Origin: a virus | Reading direction: 5' to 3' (one strand) | Length of the DNA stretch: 64,000 nucleotides | IMG/VR virus record: IMGVR_UViG_3300035438_000341 | Span: 1 to 64,000 of that record | Shown: piece after piece, positions 28,075-38,642 of the stretch | How positions within the stretch are numbered: position 1 is the stretch's first letter | Layout of the letters: every line of letters starts with the position of its first letter | Notes under the pieces: model-generated | Seen by the model: the letters and a program-made list of their open reading frames with translations, nothing else | Databases searched by the model: none | Told to the model about the DNA's origin: nothing | Program-made: the position numbers and the translations under genes

Positions 28075-28553
28075 TGAGTAGAGTTAAAGTAGACTGGAGA
28101 TCTTCTAGTAAAGATAATTATAATTTATTTTGTAAGAATCATCCATCTATTAAACTTACATATGATGAATGGAGAAACATTATATATACATATAATGAAC
28201 TATTCAAAGAATACATATTAGAAACTGGAGAGAAAGCAAAACTACCTTATGGCTTTGGAGAGTTCTCTATCAATAAGAAGAAGAGAAGGAAGATGAAACA
28301 AGCTGATGGAAAAGAGTTTGTTAATTTACCGATCGACTGGCAGAAAACTAAAGAGAAAGGAAAGGTTATATACAATTTTAACTATCACACAGAAGGATAC
28401 TTTTTTGGTTGGATGTGGTTTAAACCTACAGCACGTTTCAAAAACTCTGACCTTTGGTATTTCAAACCTTCTAGACTCACATCAAGACTACTATCACATT
28501 ACTTAAAGACCAACGACAAGTACCAACATATTTACCAAGAATGGAAAAAATAA
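28074..28553 (+). CDS. IHF/HU-like protein of the crAss tail module
   Basis: AKLPYGFGEFSINK and IDWQKT; basic; precedes ring and stabilisation genes. Confidence 0.7.
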   Translation: MSRVKVDWRSSSKDNYNLFCKNHPSIKLTYDEWRNIIYTYNELFKEYILETGEKAKLPYGFGEFSINKKKRRKMKQADGKEFVNLPIDWQKTKEKGKVIYNFNYHTEGYFFGWMWFKPTARFKNSDLWYFKPSRLTSRLLSHYLKTNDKYQHIYQEWKK

Positions 28554-28559
28554 TGAACT

Positions 28560-29519
28560 ATGTCATACTATTATAAATATGCTTTTGTAAGCCCAGAACC
28601 TGTTTACTCAACTGTTAAAGAAGAGCTTAAAAGCTATTTCGATACTGGTGCAGTGGATGATCTTTTATTTCCTACCTATTTAGATAAAGCTCTAAAGAAG
28701 TTAGGAAGAACAACTTATGTAATTACTGATGAGATTCTTTTTGTAGAAGACTTTCAAGCTAGGCTTCCTGATAACTTTTATGCTGTTAGAGAAGCATGGA
28801 TGACTACAGAAGTGGCTAACTATCCATATCAATCAGCTAACTCATTCTATTCACAAGCAGCTTCTGAAACAACAATACAAGTAAGTCCTGTAACTTCTGG
28901 TGGTGCTGCTTGTACAAACCTTGAATGCACAACAGGATGTCCTGCGTGTATGCCTGTATTAATACAAGCTGTTTACAAGACAAATAATAGTGTAGCTAGA
29001 GGATTTACTCACAACTATCTACTTAAGCCTGGAAACATATCTGCAAGAAAGAACTGTGGTGTTGATTATACAAACAACTGGGACTTTCAAGCACAACCTA
29101 TTCCTGTAAACAATTTCACTCCTGGATCAGCTAGTATTGATAGCTTTGATATTAGAGACAATAAGTTTGTAACTAATTTTAGAAATGGTGTTGTACATTT
29201 AATATTCTATGCTACAGAGTATGATGAGATAGGAAATCAATTGATTCCTGACAACTATCGTATCAGAGAATATGTAGAAGCATTCCTTAAGTTTAAAGTG
29301 TTTGAAACTCTTACAAATCAAACTGTTGATGAAACATTCAATCAGTTACAACAGAAGTTGCTTTATCACAAACAAGCTTATGAAGAATCTTTCATCATGG
29401 CAAGTATAGAAGTTAAGAAACAAACTGGCTGGGAGAAACAACGAAGAATCAAAAATGACTTAAATAGATTTAATATGTACGAACTTCCTACTAGTAGATA
29501 TGGTAGAAGACGTAACTAA
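28560..29519 (+). CDS. Tail tubular/ring protein
   Basis: 319 aa; ARLPDNF, TNFRNG...Y, LIPD motifs; directly before the muzzle gene. Confidence 0.65.
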   Translation: MSYYYKYAFVSPEPVYSTVKEELKSYFDTGAVDDLLFPTYLDKALKKLGRTTYVITDEILFVEDFQARLPDNFYAVREAWMTTEVANYPYQSANSFYSQAASETTIQVSPVTSGGAACTNLECTTGCPACMPVLIQAVYKTNNSVARGFTHNYLLKPGNISARKNCGVDYTNNWDFQAQPIPVNNFTPGSASIDSFDIRDNKFVTNFRNGVVHLIFYATEYDEIGNQLIPDNYRIREYVEAFLKFKVFETLTNQTVDETFNQLQQKLLYHKQAYEESFIMASIEVKKQTGWEKQRRIKNDLNRFNMYELPTSRYGRRRN

Positions 29520-29532
29520 TTAAAATATCATT

Positions 29533-32500
29533 ATGGCAGACGAATTAGATAAAATTAAAAAAATAATTAACGGAGATCAAGACAACATCAAACTAGAGAT
29601 TAACTATGGTATGATGGGTTTGAATATGGATCAAACTTTGAATCAAATCAAAGATGGTACATTAACATATGCGTTAAACGCTGCTTTAGAAAACTTTGAC
29701 TCTAGTTCTGTTAATTATCAAAATGAACAAGGTAATGAGTTCTGTTTACAATTTCCAGAAGGATATTCATTAATAGGTACGTATTTTATTAATGAAAAAA
29801 ATAAACACATATTCTTTCTTACCAATCCTACTACAGGAGATAGTGAGATAGGATATATGGATAACAATGATTGTATCTATCATACATTAGTTAATGCATC
29901 ATGTCTTAATTTTAATATTGATAATCCTATACATAAAGTTGTACATAAGATATCAAACTGTAAAACCGAAATATATTGGACAGATGGTCTTAACTCAAGA
30001 AGATATTTAGATATTGAAAACATTCCTTGGAAATTAGAACCTGGGTCAGATCTTTGTGATCCTGTTCCTGATGTTGGTAATTTAGATTGTAACCAACTTA
30101 AAATACAACCTAATTTTAATATTCCTGAGCTTAATATAACTAATGTGTATAATGGTGGTGACATAACTGCTGGTACATATCAGTTTGCAGTGCAGTATTC
30201 TGATGCATCTGGTAATCCATATACATCATATTATTCTATTACCAATCCTACACCAATTGCTGATACACAATTAACCACTGCTATATTTGATTATAAAGTG
30301 GGTAAGTCTATTGAAGTGACTGTTACTAATTTAGATACATCTGGATTATACTTATATTATAATATAGCTGTAATCAAAACAATAAATAACATTACCACTC
30401 CTGAATTGGTTGGTACATATTCAATTGAGAGTGATGTTGATGTAATAACATACACTGGACAGAATCAAACATTAATCAAATTATCTATATCAGATATATT
30501 TGAGAAGTATCCATATTATGATATAGCACAAGATGTAACAGCTGTACAAGATGTTCTTGTATGGGATAATCTTACATCTATAGATAGAATCAATTATCAA
30601 GCTATAGCATCTCAAATTCAGTTACAGTGGGAAACATATAGAATACCTTCTACAGAAAACTATGCAGATGAATTAAATGCTACAAACTTACGTGGGTATC
30701 TACGTGATGAAGTGTATGCATTTGAAATTGTATTCTTATTAAAGAATGGAAAACAAACAGATGGTTTTCATATTCCAGGAAGAACATCTATCCCTAGTGA
30801 TTTAGTTCCTGTACCAACAACTAATGCAGATTTTATTGGAGAACCAGATCCTGAAACAAACACTAGTCCTTATTGGAAGATATATAATACAGCTTATGTT
30901 ATTGATAATGCTAGTAGTGATCCTATTGGCAATGCTACATCATATAAATATGGTGAATTTGCATATTGGGAATCAACAGAAGAATATCCATGTAATACAG
31001 ATGTGTGGGGAGACTTAGCTGGTCAAAACATAAGACATCATAAATTTCCAGATGTATTAGTTAGTCCTATATTTGAAAATCCTTCACATGTATTAAATAA
31101 TAGTTTTGTACCAGAAATGCAAAGTGATGCTATTTTTCCACTAGGTGTAAAGGTGGATACATTACAAATAGAATCATTAATAGACAATTCTACTATAACA
31201 CGAGAGCAAAAAGATAATATTACTGGATTCAAAATAGTAAGAGGTAATAGAAGTACAAACAGATCTATTGTTGCTAAGGGAATGCTTAGAAACGTAGGAA
31301 CATATCAAAGAGAAGAACAAACTCTGTATTACCCAAACTATCCATATAATGATCTTAATGAAGATCCTTTTTTAAATGATAAAACTAATGCATATGATTC
31401 ATTAGGACAAAGTAGAGTTTGGTTACTTGAATGTAGAACAACAGGTGTATATGAATATACAGATTCAGTTACAGGTAAACTATCAAGTTGTAATCAAATG
31501 GTTGCTGGACAAAATTATGAATTCTGTTCTCTAACTAGACCAAAATACTTAAGTGGTAACGCATGTATAGGTCCTGCAAATTATGATTTTGTAATATTTG
31601 ATTGTGGTCAAAGTGACCAACGAGCATTTTTAAGAGCATCATGTGAAAGAACTTGTAACAATGATCCTTTAGTAACTTTACTGTTCGGAATAGTAACTCC
31701 ATATTGTGGAGCTGGTTGTACTTTATGTTATAAACCTTGTGGTATTGTTGTTAAATATTTAACTCCTGGTACATTTCCTTATTATGAAAATGAAGATGGT
31801 AATACTTGGAGTGCTCAAAATGCATGTACTGTTGCACCTGTATATCCTGGTACATTAGCTCTTGGACAAATTCCTCCTTTTACAGAAAGTAATAATTCTT
31901 GTGTTATTTGGAGTAGAAGATCTCCTCTAAATGATACATGTGGATTAGCTAAACCATTACCAGCTATTACAAGTGAAGCTTCTAGATATAGACAAGTATT
32001 TAATTCTCCTGACACATCTTTCTCACAACCTTTCTTAGGAGATGTTCTTAAGTTAGAAAGTGTAATGTATGGTGGAGGAAGAGCACACTTTGTACCTGTT
32101 AAAGGAAATGCTAAGTATAGACTTCTATCTAAACAAGCTCAACAAGATGCATTAGATGCTTCATTTCTTATTGCAGGTGGTGCAAATGGAGATGTAACAG
32201 CTATATTCACAGCATATCAAGCATACCTAACAATATATGTTAATGGTATAACAAGAAAGAATTATGCACAGTCATTTAATTCTATAGCCAGTTATGACTA
32301 CTATGGAGATATACCAAATAACACTACATCAAATGGTGTAGTAGGTATTAAGCAAAGACAACTTGATTTAAAATCATATTTAATTCCTGGTGTATTAAAT
32401 GTAGGCGATGATAAAAATATTAATAACTACCAAAGAGAATCTTCTATATATACAAAAACAGTAGATAATTATAGTCCTCTTCCATTCCCTAATAAAACTC

Positions 32501-34911
32501 CTAGTCTTCTTGATTCTAGCGGTGCATCATTAATATCAGAATATTCAAGATTTATTATTGGAGGAATAGGTGGATGTGATGTACCTGCTCCAGGTCAGAA
32601 AGCAAACTATTGTACTACTCCAGAAAAAGAAAGAGACATAAAAGTTGTATCATATTATGCATCATTAAAAAATATATTTACTAACCAATGGGGACAAATA
32701 TATTCTTATGAAACAATAGATACAGGATTTCAAAGAATGTTCAATGGTATTTCTAATCCTAATGATGTAGCATTTGGAGGAGATACATTCATAAATAAAT
32801 TTGCATACAAAACAAAACTTCCATTCTTTTTAGATAATAGAGTTAATGCTCCTGATGATTCAGATATATTCTATGATGAGATTGGTAATGTAGCCTATCC
32901 AAAATATTGGCATTCTGCTAGATCTATTTTGTACACTTATCAAAATATGACTAATATTATATCAATTAAAGCACATAGTTTTGATTGCTATAGCGATCCT
33001 GCATTAACAGAAAAAGATCCTGTAGGAGCTACTGCTACATTTAGAACATTCTATGATGGTTCATTTTATTTATTTGCATATGGTGTTCCTAGCTTTTATT
33101 GTGAATCAAATTATAATGTAGATGTTCGTCAAGCATTCAATGATAGAGAAGGAAACTTTTGGCCACATGTATCAACAGGTATTCCTGATGATTGGGTACA
33201 AGAAGAGTTCACATCAATTGCTTACGATAACTCATACTATTATAATGTAACATTCTCTAAACAGAACAAGGAAAACTATTTCTCACATTTACCAGCTGAT
33301 TGGACATCTGATTTATGTTTTACATATTATCCATTTAGAACAGTGTATTCAGATACTCAAGTTAACAATGCTGATGTAAGAGTTAACAATTGGTTAGTGT
33401 ACAAACCATTATCATTATATGATTTTCCTCAGAACTATGGTAATCTTATATCACTAGATGGTATTCAGAATAGAGCTATACTAGCTAGATTTGAAAATAA
33501 ATCATTGTTGTATAATAATCTTCTTACAATGAATACCAGTTATCCACAAGCTGCGTATTTAGGTAATCCTAGTATGTTTGCTAACCCTCCTATTGATTTT
33601 GCAGAAACAGATCTTGGATACGTAGGAAGTCAAAACAAAATGTTATTAAAGATTCCTCAAGGACAGATAACAGTTGATGCTAAGAGAGGACAGATATTCT
33701 TAATTCAAGGAACTAAAGTTGAAGAGATGTCTGCATTTGGTTCTGGAATGAATAGATTCTTTACAGACCATTTAGCATTTGAAATACTTAGATACTTTCC
33801 AAAGGTAGATACAGATAATCATTTTAATGGTATAGGTTTACATGGTCTGTATGATAGTAAATTTGAGAGAGTGATAATAACTAAGTTAGATTACATTCCA
33901 TTAAGTTCAGATATCAAATATGACCCTATAACAAAAGATTTCTATATACAAACATTAATAGGTGATGACATTTATGGTAGAACAATTATAAGTTTAAAAG
34001 ATTCAGAATATTTCTGTAATAAGTCTTGGACACTTTCATTTAATGTAAATACTAAAAGCTGGATTTCTTTTCATAGTTATATTCCTAATTGGTATATAGC
34101 AGAAAACAATTTCTTCTATTCTGGTATCAATGGATGTTGTGAGGAGTTTGATTTTGTTGCAGGACAAATAGTTGATACACCAAGTACAACTACTACAACT
34201 ACTATATTTGTACCTACAACCAGTACTACCACTACCGCTGTAACTGCAATTTGTGCAGTTGAAGGAGTTGTAAGAGCAATTGATTGTACATTAGAAGGAG
34301 TAGGAATTATTACTACACCTCCTATTCCTCCACCATGTCAAAGACCTTCTGATTACTCAACAGAATTTACATTTATAAAAGGATATACATTAGGAACGGA
34401 TCCAGAAGTTGTATTTACTGCTAGTCAAATAGAGGCATGTGCTGCTGTCCCTTCTATTGAATATATACTTAGTCCTCTCAATACAGATGGAAGCACACTA
34501 GATACATTTGATGGATATACAAACACTATATTAGATACTTTAGAAGTTGGAAATATAGTTTATTATGGACCTGGTACAGATTGTACACTTGTTCCTGATG
34601 GTTGGTATTTTGCATATTCGCCACTTCCATTAGACAATGTTTATCAAATTTCAGCAGGTGTGGTTGTTACTAAAACAACTTGTAATCCTACCACCACCAC
34701 TACCACAACAGCAATACCTTGTTACTCATTTACAGTGACTAAAACAACAGTGGGTATTGTGACAGTGAATTACATTGATTGTTCAGGGAATCCAGCAACT
34801 AGAGATGTTGGGCTTGCTGAAGGAGGATTTTCAACACAAACATTCTGTGCACGTAGTGTAACTACACCTACACCTACTGGAGTATCATTAACTAATAACG
34901 GACTTTGTTAA
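29533..34911 (+). CDS. Tail stabilisation/muzzle protein with Cys-rich insertion and Thr-stalked C-terminal appendage
   Basis: GLNMD, YWTDG, GYLRDEVYAF.I, FAYWESTEEYP, IRHHKFPD, FGGDTFI, SWISFHSY motifs of crAss-like stabilisation proteins. Confidence 0.8.
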   Translation: MADELDKIKKIINGDQDNIKLEINYGMMGLNMDQTLNQIKDGTLTYALNAALENFDSSSVNYQNEQGNEFCLQFPEGYSLIGTYFINEKNKHIFFLTNPTTGDSEIGYMDNNDCIYHTLVNASCLNFNIDNPIHKVVHKISNCKTEIYWTDGLNSRRYLDIENIPWKLEPGSDLCDPVPDVGNLDCNQLKIQPNFNIPELNITNVYNGGDITAGTYQFAVQYSDASGNPYTSYYSITNPTPIADTQLTTAIFDYKVGKSIEVTVTNLDTSGLYLYYNIAVIKTINNITTPELVGTYSIESDVDVITYTGQNQTLIKLSISDIFEKYPYYDIAQDVTAVQDVLVWDNLTSIDRINYQAIASQIQLQWETYRIPSTENYADELNATNLRGYLRDEVYAFEIVFLLKNGKQTDGFHIPGRTSIPSDLVPVPTTNADFIGEPDPETNTSPYWKIYNTAYVIDNASSDPIGNATSYKYGEFAYWESTEEYPCNTDVWGDLAGQNIRHHKFPDVLVSPIFENPSHVLNNSFVPEMQSDAIFPLGVKVDTLQIESLIDNSTITREQKDNITGFKIVRGNRSTNRSIVAKGMLRNVGTYQREEQTLYYPNYPYNDLNEDPFLNDKTNAYDSLGQSRVWLLECRTTGVYEYTDSVTGKLSSCNQMVAGQNYEFCSLTRPKYLSGNACIGPANYDFVIFDCGQSDQRAFLRASCERTCNNDPLVTLLFGIVTPYCGAGCTLCYKPCGIVVKYLTPGTFPYYENEDGNTWSAQNACTVAPVYPGTLALGQIPPFTESNNSCVIWSRRSPLNDTCGLAKPLPAITSEASRYRQVFNSPDTSFSQPFLGDVLKLESVMYGGGRAHFVPVKGNAKYRLLSKQAQQDALDASFLIAGGANGDVTAIFTAYQAYLTIYVNGITRKNYAQSFNSIASYDYYGDIPNNTTSNGVVGIKQRQLDLKSYLIPGVLNVGDDKNINNYQRESSIYTKTVDNYSPLPFPNKTPSLLDSSGASLISEYSRFIIGGIGGCDVPAPGQKANYCTTPEKERDIKVVSYYASLKNIFTNQWGQIYSYETIDTGFQRMFNGISNPNDVAFGGDTFINKFAYKTKLPFFLDNRVNAPDDSDIFYDEIGNVAYPKYWHSARSILYTYQNMTNIISIKAHSFDCYSDPALTEKDPVGATATFRTFYDGSFYLFAYGVPSFYCESNYNVDVRQAFNDREGNFWPHVSTGIPDDWVQEEFTSIAYDNSYYYNVTFSKQNKENYFSHLPADWTSDLCFTYYPFRTVYSDTQVNNADVRVNNWLVYKPLSLYDFPQNYGNLISLDGIQNRAILARFENKSLLYNNLLTMNTSYPQAAYLGNPSMFANPPIDFAETDLGYVGSQNKMLLKIPQGQITVDAKRGQIFLIQGTKVEEMSAFGSGMNRFFTDHLAFEILRYFPKVDTDNHFNGIGLHGLYDSKFERVIITKLDYIPLSSDIKYDPITKDFYIQTLIGDDIYGRTIISLKDSEYFCNKSWTLSFNVNTKSWISFHSYIPNWYIAENNFFYSGINGCCEEFDFVAGQIVDTPSTTTTTTIFVPTTSTTTTAVTAICAVEGVVRAIDCTLEGVGIITTPPIPPPCQRPSDYSTEFTFIKGYTLGTDPEVVFTASQIEACAAVPSIEYILSPLNTDGSTLDTFDGYTNTILDTLEVGNIVYYGPGTDCTLVPDGWYFAYSPLPLDNVYQISAGVVVTKTTCNPTTTTTTTAIPCYSFTVTKTTVGIVTVNYIDCSGNPATRDVGLAEGGFSTQTFCARSVTTPTPTGVSLTNNGLC

Positions 34912-34920
34912 TAAATTAAT

Positions 34921-35787
34921 ATGTCAAAACTAATAACAATAAGGTTAACACAAGTGTCACCATCTTCTGGACCATTCTCAATCTTTGATCAGCTTGGGAA
35001 TGTGATAGCAGAAGGTGTACCTAGAGAAATACTCATTGGTGGGGTGAACTATACTGTAAATGATAATGTGACATCAGTTAAATTAAAATCTACAGGTAGT
35101 TGTAAGATTGAAAAAACAAATGAATTAAATGATATAACTGAACAAGAATACATTAGTATTAAAGTAAACATAACTATAACAGGATGTATATGGAGACATT
35201 TAACTAATATACAATTATACAATTCTTATTATGGTGCTACATATCCATACATAATTGAATACCCATTTGCTTATAAGAATCAAGATGAAATTTTACAGAA
35301 TGTAAAAGACTATACAAAGGCATATGAATATGTATCTATATCAGATGGTGTGTTTAATGATAACACAAGAATAGAGACAAACAATAAATGGTTTACACAT
35401 GCTATTCTATATAATGGACAACAGAGTTCTGGTGTTCTTAAACTAGTTGCTAAACCTCTTAATGATATGCGTGCATACATGCAATATCCAATATTAAATG
35501 CAGATAGTAAAACAATCACTTACACTAAGAGTGATAACTTCTATCAGTATAATACATTCTGGGCTCTTCAGAAAAGTTCTCAAGTTCCATTGTTTAATAC
35601 AGGTTGTGAAAGCTTATCTATTGATAAGGTGATTAACCAAGCTAATATGGACTATGGATCTAGAAGTTTCAAGAAAGCTACACTAAGAGCAAAAGAACTT
35701 AAAATACGACATATACTTCAAGACAATTGTACAACGCACCTAGTGAGTCAATTCATAATTGCTCCTGCACAAATCTCATACAAGTAA
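34921..35787 (+). CDS. Shared N-module fused to probable C-terminal part of the muzzle protein
   Basis: SGPFSIFD N-module variant, then IWRH...YNSYYG..YPYIIE...ILYN.QQSSG. Confidence 0.6.
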   Translation: MSKLITIRLTQVSPSSGPFSIFDQLGNVIAEGVPREILIGGVNYTVNDNVTSVKLKSTGSCKIEKTNELNDITEQEYISIKVNITITGCIWRHLTNIQLYNSYYGATYPYIIEYPFAYKNQDEILQNVKDYTKAYEYVSISDGVFNDNTRIETNNKWFTHAILYNGQQSSGVLKLVAKPLNDMRAYMQYPILNADSKTITYTKSDNFYQYNTFWALQKSSQVPLFNTGCESLSIDKVINQANMDYGSRSFKKATLRAKELKIRHILQDNCTTHLVSQFIIAPAQISYK

Positions 35788-38009
35788 TGACTAAAGGATG
35801 GTTAGATAATTATAATGATTCAACAACTTCTGCTCCTGAAGGATTTATTGGTGAAGGAATATTCAATGGTCCTAAGTTTGATAATCCTGCATGGGGAGGA
35901 CAGTTTCAAATGGGAGGAAATCTTCCTGGTGCTGTAGGTAATATGTATGCTAGAACAGGATCTCCTAGTAAAGGACCACGTAGAAACCAAACTGATGTAA
36001 CAGATGCTTCTGCACAGAATGGTAAAGAAATGCAATACTATCAACAAGGACTAGATTGGAAACCTAAAACTATTAGTAAGAATGGTGCATGGTTAGATAA
36101 CTATGATGTAGCACAAGAAGGAATAAATCTTCCTTCAGTTAGAGATCTTATTACTGATACCATGAATAGAAAGATTCAAGAACGTAAAGGTAAAGGTAAA
36201 GAAACTAAGGTTACACAAAAAGACAATGCAAAAACTGTTACACCTAAGATAGGTAAAGTAGCTACAGCTAAAGAAAAAGAGCAAAGAGCTATAGAAGAAA
36301 ATAAACAAGCACAAGAAGCTTCAGAATTACAAGCACGCAAAGATTGGGTACAAGGAAGTATGGAAGAAGCTTACAAGTCTCCATTAATGTCTCCAGGATA
36401 TTTTACTCCTGAAGGAATGGCTATTGGTGCTATGCAAGGAGCAGTTAAAATGGGTCCTGATTTATATGAGGGCAATTATAAAGGAGCTGCAGTAGATGCA
36501 CTTATGATGTTACCATTAGCCCCTAATGCTGTTAGAGCAGCTACTCCATTAATACAAAAAGCAGGAAGAGCATTAGGAACAGAAGAAGGTTTATTATCTA
36601 ATGCATATAAATTAAATCCTTGGGCATATAAATCTAATCCTGAAGCATTTTATAGAAAAATTGGTAATGAAGGTTTAGATGATGCATTAGAAAGTGGTTT
36701 AATACGTGCAAAACAACAACCAACACAATCGCCTTCTGGTAAAGGGGTCATTGATATTTCAGAAAACTTTCAACATAAAGATCCTTATTTTGCTAAAGGG
36801 AAACCTTTAGAAAATTATAAAGGTAAATACATGGTTGAGGTTGAAGATATTCCTATGGAAGAAAGAGCTGGATATCCGAACACATCTTATATTCCAAAAA
36901 ATATTTTAGAAACTTCTAATCCTAATTTAAAAATATATGAAAAAGATTGGTTACAAGGATATAAAGAAGTTCCTAAACCTACATCAAATTTTAATTCAGA
37001 AATAAATTGGGGTAAATGGAATAAAGAAATTCCTGATAATCCTCAATTGATGAAAGAGTATAATGCAATAGAACAAACTTCTAAAGCTAATGGTAGTTGG
37101 ATGAAGAATCCTGATGGTTCTTCTTTTCAAGGAACTCCTGAACAATTTGTACAACAGAATAGTGAGAACTTTAAAAAAGCTTTTGGTAATACTAAAGTGA
37201 GAGATGCTAAAGGTAATGTACAAATAACTAATCATAGTACTTGGGATAAATTTGATGAATTTGATTTAAATAAATTTGGTCAAACAGATGATGGGTTTTA
37301 TGGTAAAGGAGCATATTTTCATCCAAATACAAATAGTCCTAAGTTATATGGAGACATTGACATGAATAGTTATGTTAATATAGAAAACCCAATGCCACAT
37401 GAAACTCGTTCTTTTTTTGGAAGAGAGGGTAAAGGAGCATACTGGGATTCAGCAAAGAATGAACAAGTTATAATAGATGACTTAGGTTCTTTGTGGAAAG
37501 GTAAGTATGATGGATACATAACACCTCATGGAGAGTACCCATTAAATGATTTTAATTCTACAGAATATATAACAAATATTCCTAGTAATATTAAATCAGC
37601 AACAGGTAATAATGGAATGTTTGATATGACTAATCCTAATATATATAAAGCTGTAGTTCCAGGAGCAATTGGATTAGGAGCATTGCAACAAAAGAAAGAT
37701 GGAGGAGTGATTAAAGATGATAGAGGGCAATGGGATCATCCAGGAGAGATAACAGAAATAGGAAGTAATGAAATAACAATGGAAGGAGTTCCTTATGATG
37801 TCCTTGGTGTATCAGATACAGGAGATACAAAACTAATGAAACCAGGAAAGAATTATAAGTTCAAGGGTAAGAAGGTTACAGAATATCCTATGGCTAAGAA
37901 TGGTGTGAACCAACAAGATCAAAAAACTTTGCAACAATTAGATCAATTGACTAACTTTACAAATTATAATAAACCACAACCAGGAGGCTGGTTAGAAGCT
38001 TACAAATGA
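35787..38009 (+). CDS. Putative virion cargo polyprotein with ADP-ribosyltransferase-like domain(s)
   Basis: Repeated GWLDNY and x[QK]xG(G) motifs; NHST..FD.F...GFYGKGAYF..Y..IENP..YDG..EY..NIKSATGNNG. Start moved to 35787 (TAATG coupling). Confidence 0.65.
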   Translation: MTKGWLDNYNDSTTSAPEGFIGEGIFNGPKFDNPAWGGQFQMGGNLPGAVGNMYARTGSPSKGPRRNQTDVTDASAQNGKEMQYYQQGLDWKPKTISKNGAWLDNYDVAQEGINLPSVRDLITDTMNRKIQERKGKGKETKVTQKDNAKTVTPKIGKVATAKEKEQRAIEENKQAQEASELQARKDWVQGSMEEAYKSPLMSPGYFTPEGMAIGAMQGAVKMGPDLYEGNYKGAAVDALMMLPLAPNAVRAATPLIQKAGRALGTEEGLLSNAYKLNPWAYKSNPEAFYRKIGNEGLDDALESGLIRAKQQPTQSPSGKGVIDISENFQHKDPYFAKGKPLENYKGKYMVEVEDIPMEERAGYPNTSYIPKNILETSNPNLKIYEKDWLQGYKEVPKPTSNFNSEINWGKWNKEIPDNPQLMKEYNAIEQTSKANGSWMKNPDGSSFQGTPEQFVQQNSENFKKAFGNTKVRDAKGNVQITNHSTWDKFDEFDLNKFGQTDDGFYGKGAYFHPNTNSPKLYGDIDMNSYVNIENPMPHETRSFFGREGKGAYWDSAKNEQVIIDDLGSLWKGKYDGYITPHGEYPLNDFNSTEYITNIPSNIKSATGNNGMFDMTNPNIYKAVVPGAIGLGALQQKKDGGVIKDDRGQWDHPGEITEIGSNEITMEGVPYDVLGVSDTGDTKLMKPGKNYKFKGKKVTEYPMAKNGVNQQDQKTLQQLDQLTNFTNYNKPQPGGWLEAYK

Positions 38010-38629
38010 AAACAGGTATATATACAATAACTAATACTATTACAAACCATATATACGTGGGAGCTGCTTCTGATATTCTAAAAAGATTAAATCAACATTT
38101 ATTAGGATTAAGAAGAAATAATCATGATAACGATTATTTACAAAATTCTTTTAATAAGTACAAGGAAGAAAGTTTTATCTTTGAAACATTAGAAGAATGT
38201 AACAAAAAATACTTGTACTCTCAAGAACATTATTGGTGTAACATGTTAAATACACATAATAAAAGTTTTGGATTTAATTTAAAACCAACACATCCAGATA
38301 ACATATCTTTGTGTAGTGAAGAAACTAGAACAAAAATTAGAATAAAGGCTACTGGTAGAAAATGGTCTGATGAATATAAACAATTGTTTAGAGAAAAACA
38401 ATTAGGAAAAAAACAATCAGAAGAACAAATTACAAAATCTAAAGAAAGCAAATACAAAAAAGTTTATCAATATTCTTTAGAAGGGAAGTTAATTAAAGAG
38501 TGGCCTTCAGCTCAACATATAAAAAAAGAATTAAACATACCAGCAAATAACATATCTAATTGCTGTAATAATAAAAAGTCTTGTAATACTGTAAAAGGTT
38601 TTAAATGGACATATATAAATCAAGGCTAA
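38006..38629 (+). mobile_element. Free-standing GIY-YIG homing endonuclease with NUMOD3/NUMOD1-like repeats
   Basis: GIYTITN...IYVG...KR..QH...LQNSFNKY...E..W...GFN; SEETRTKI repeat; KVYQYSLEGKLIKEW. Confidence 0.9.
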
Positions 38630-38642
38630 ACAAATATAAATC

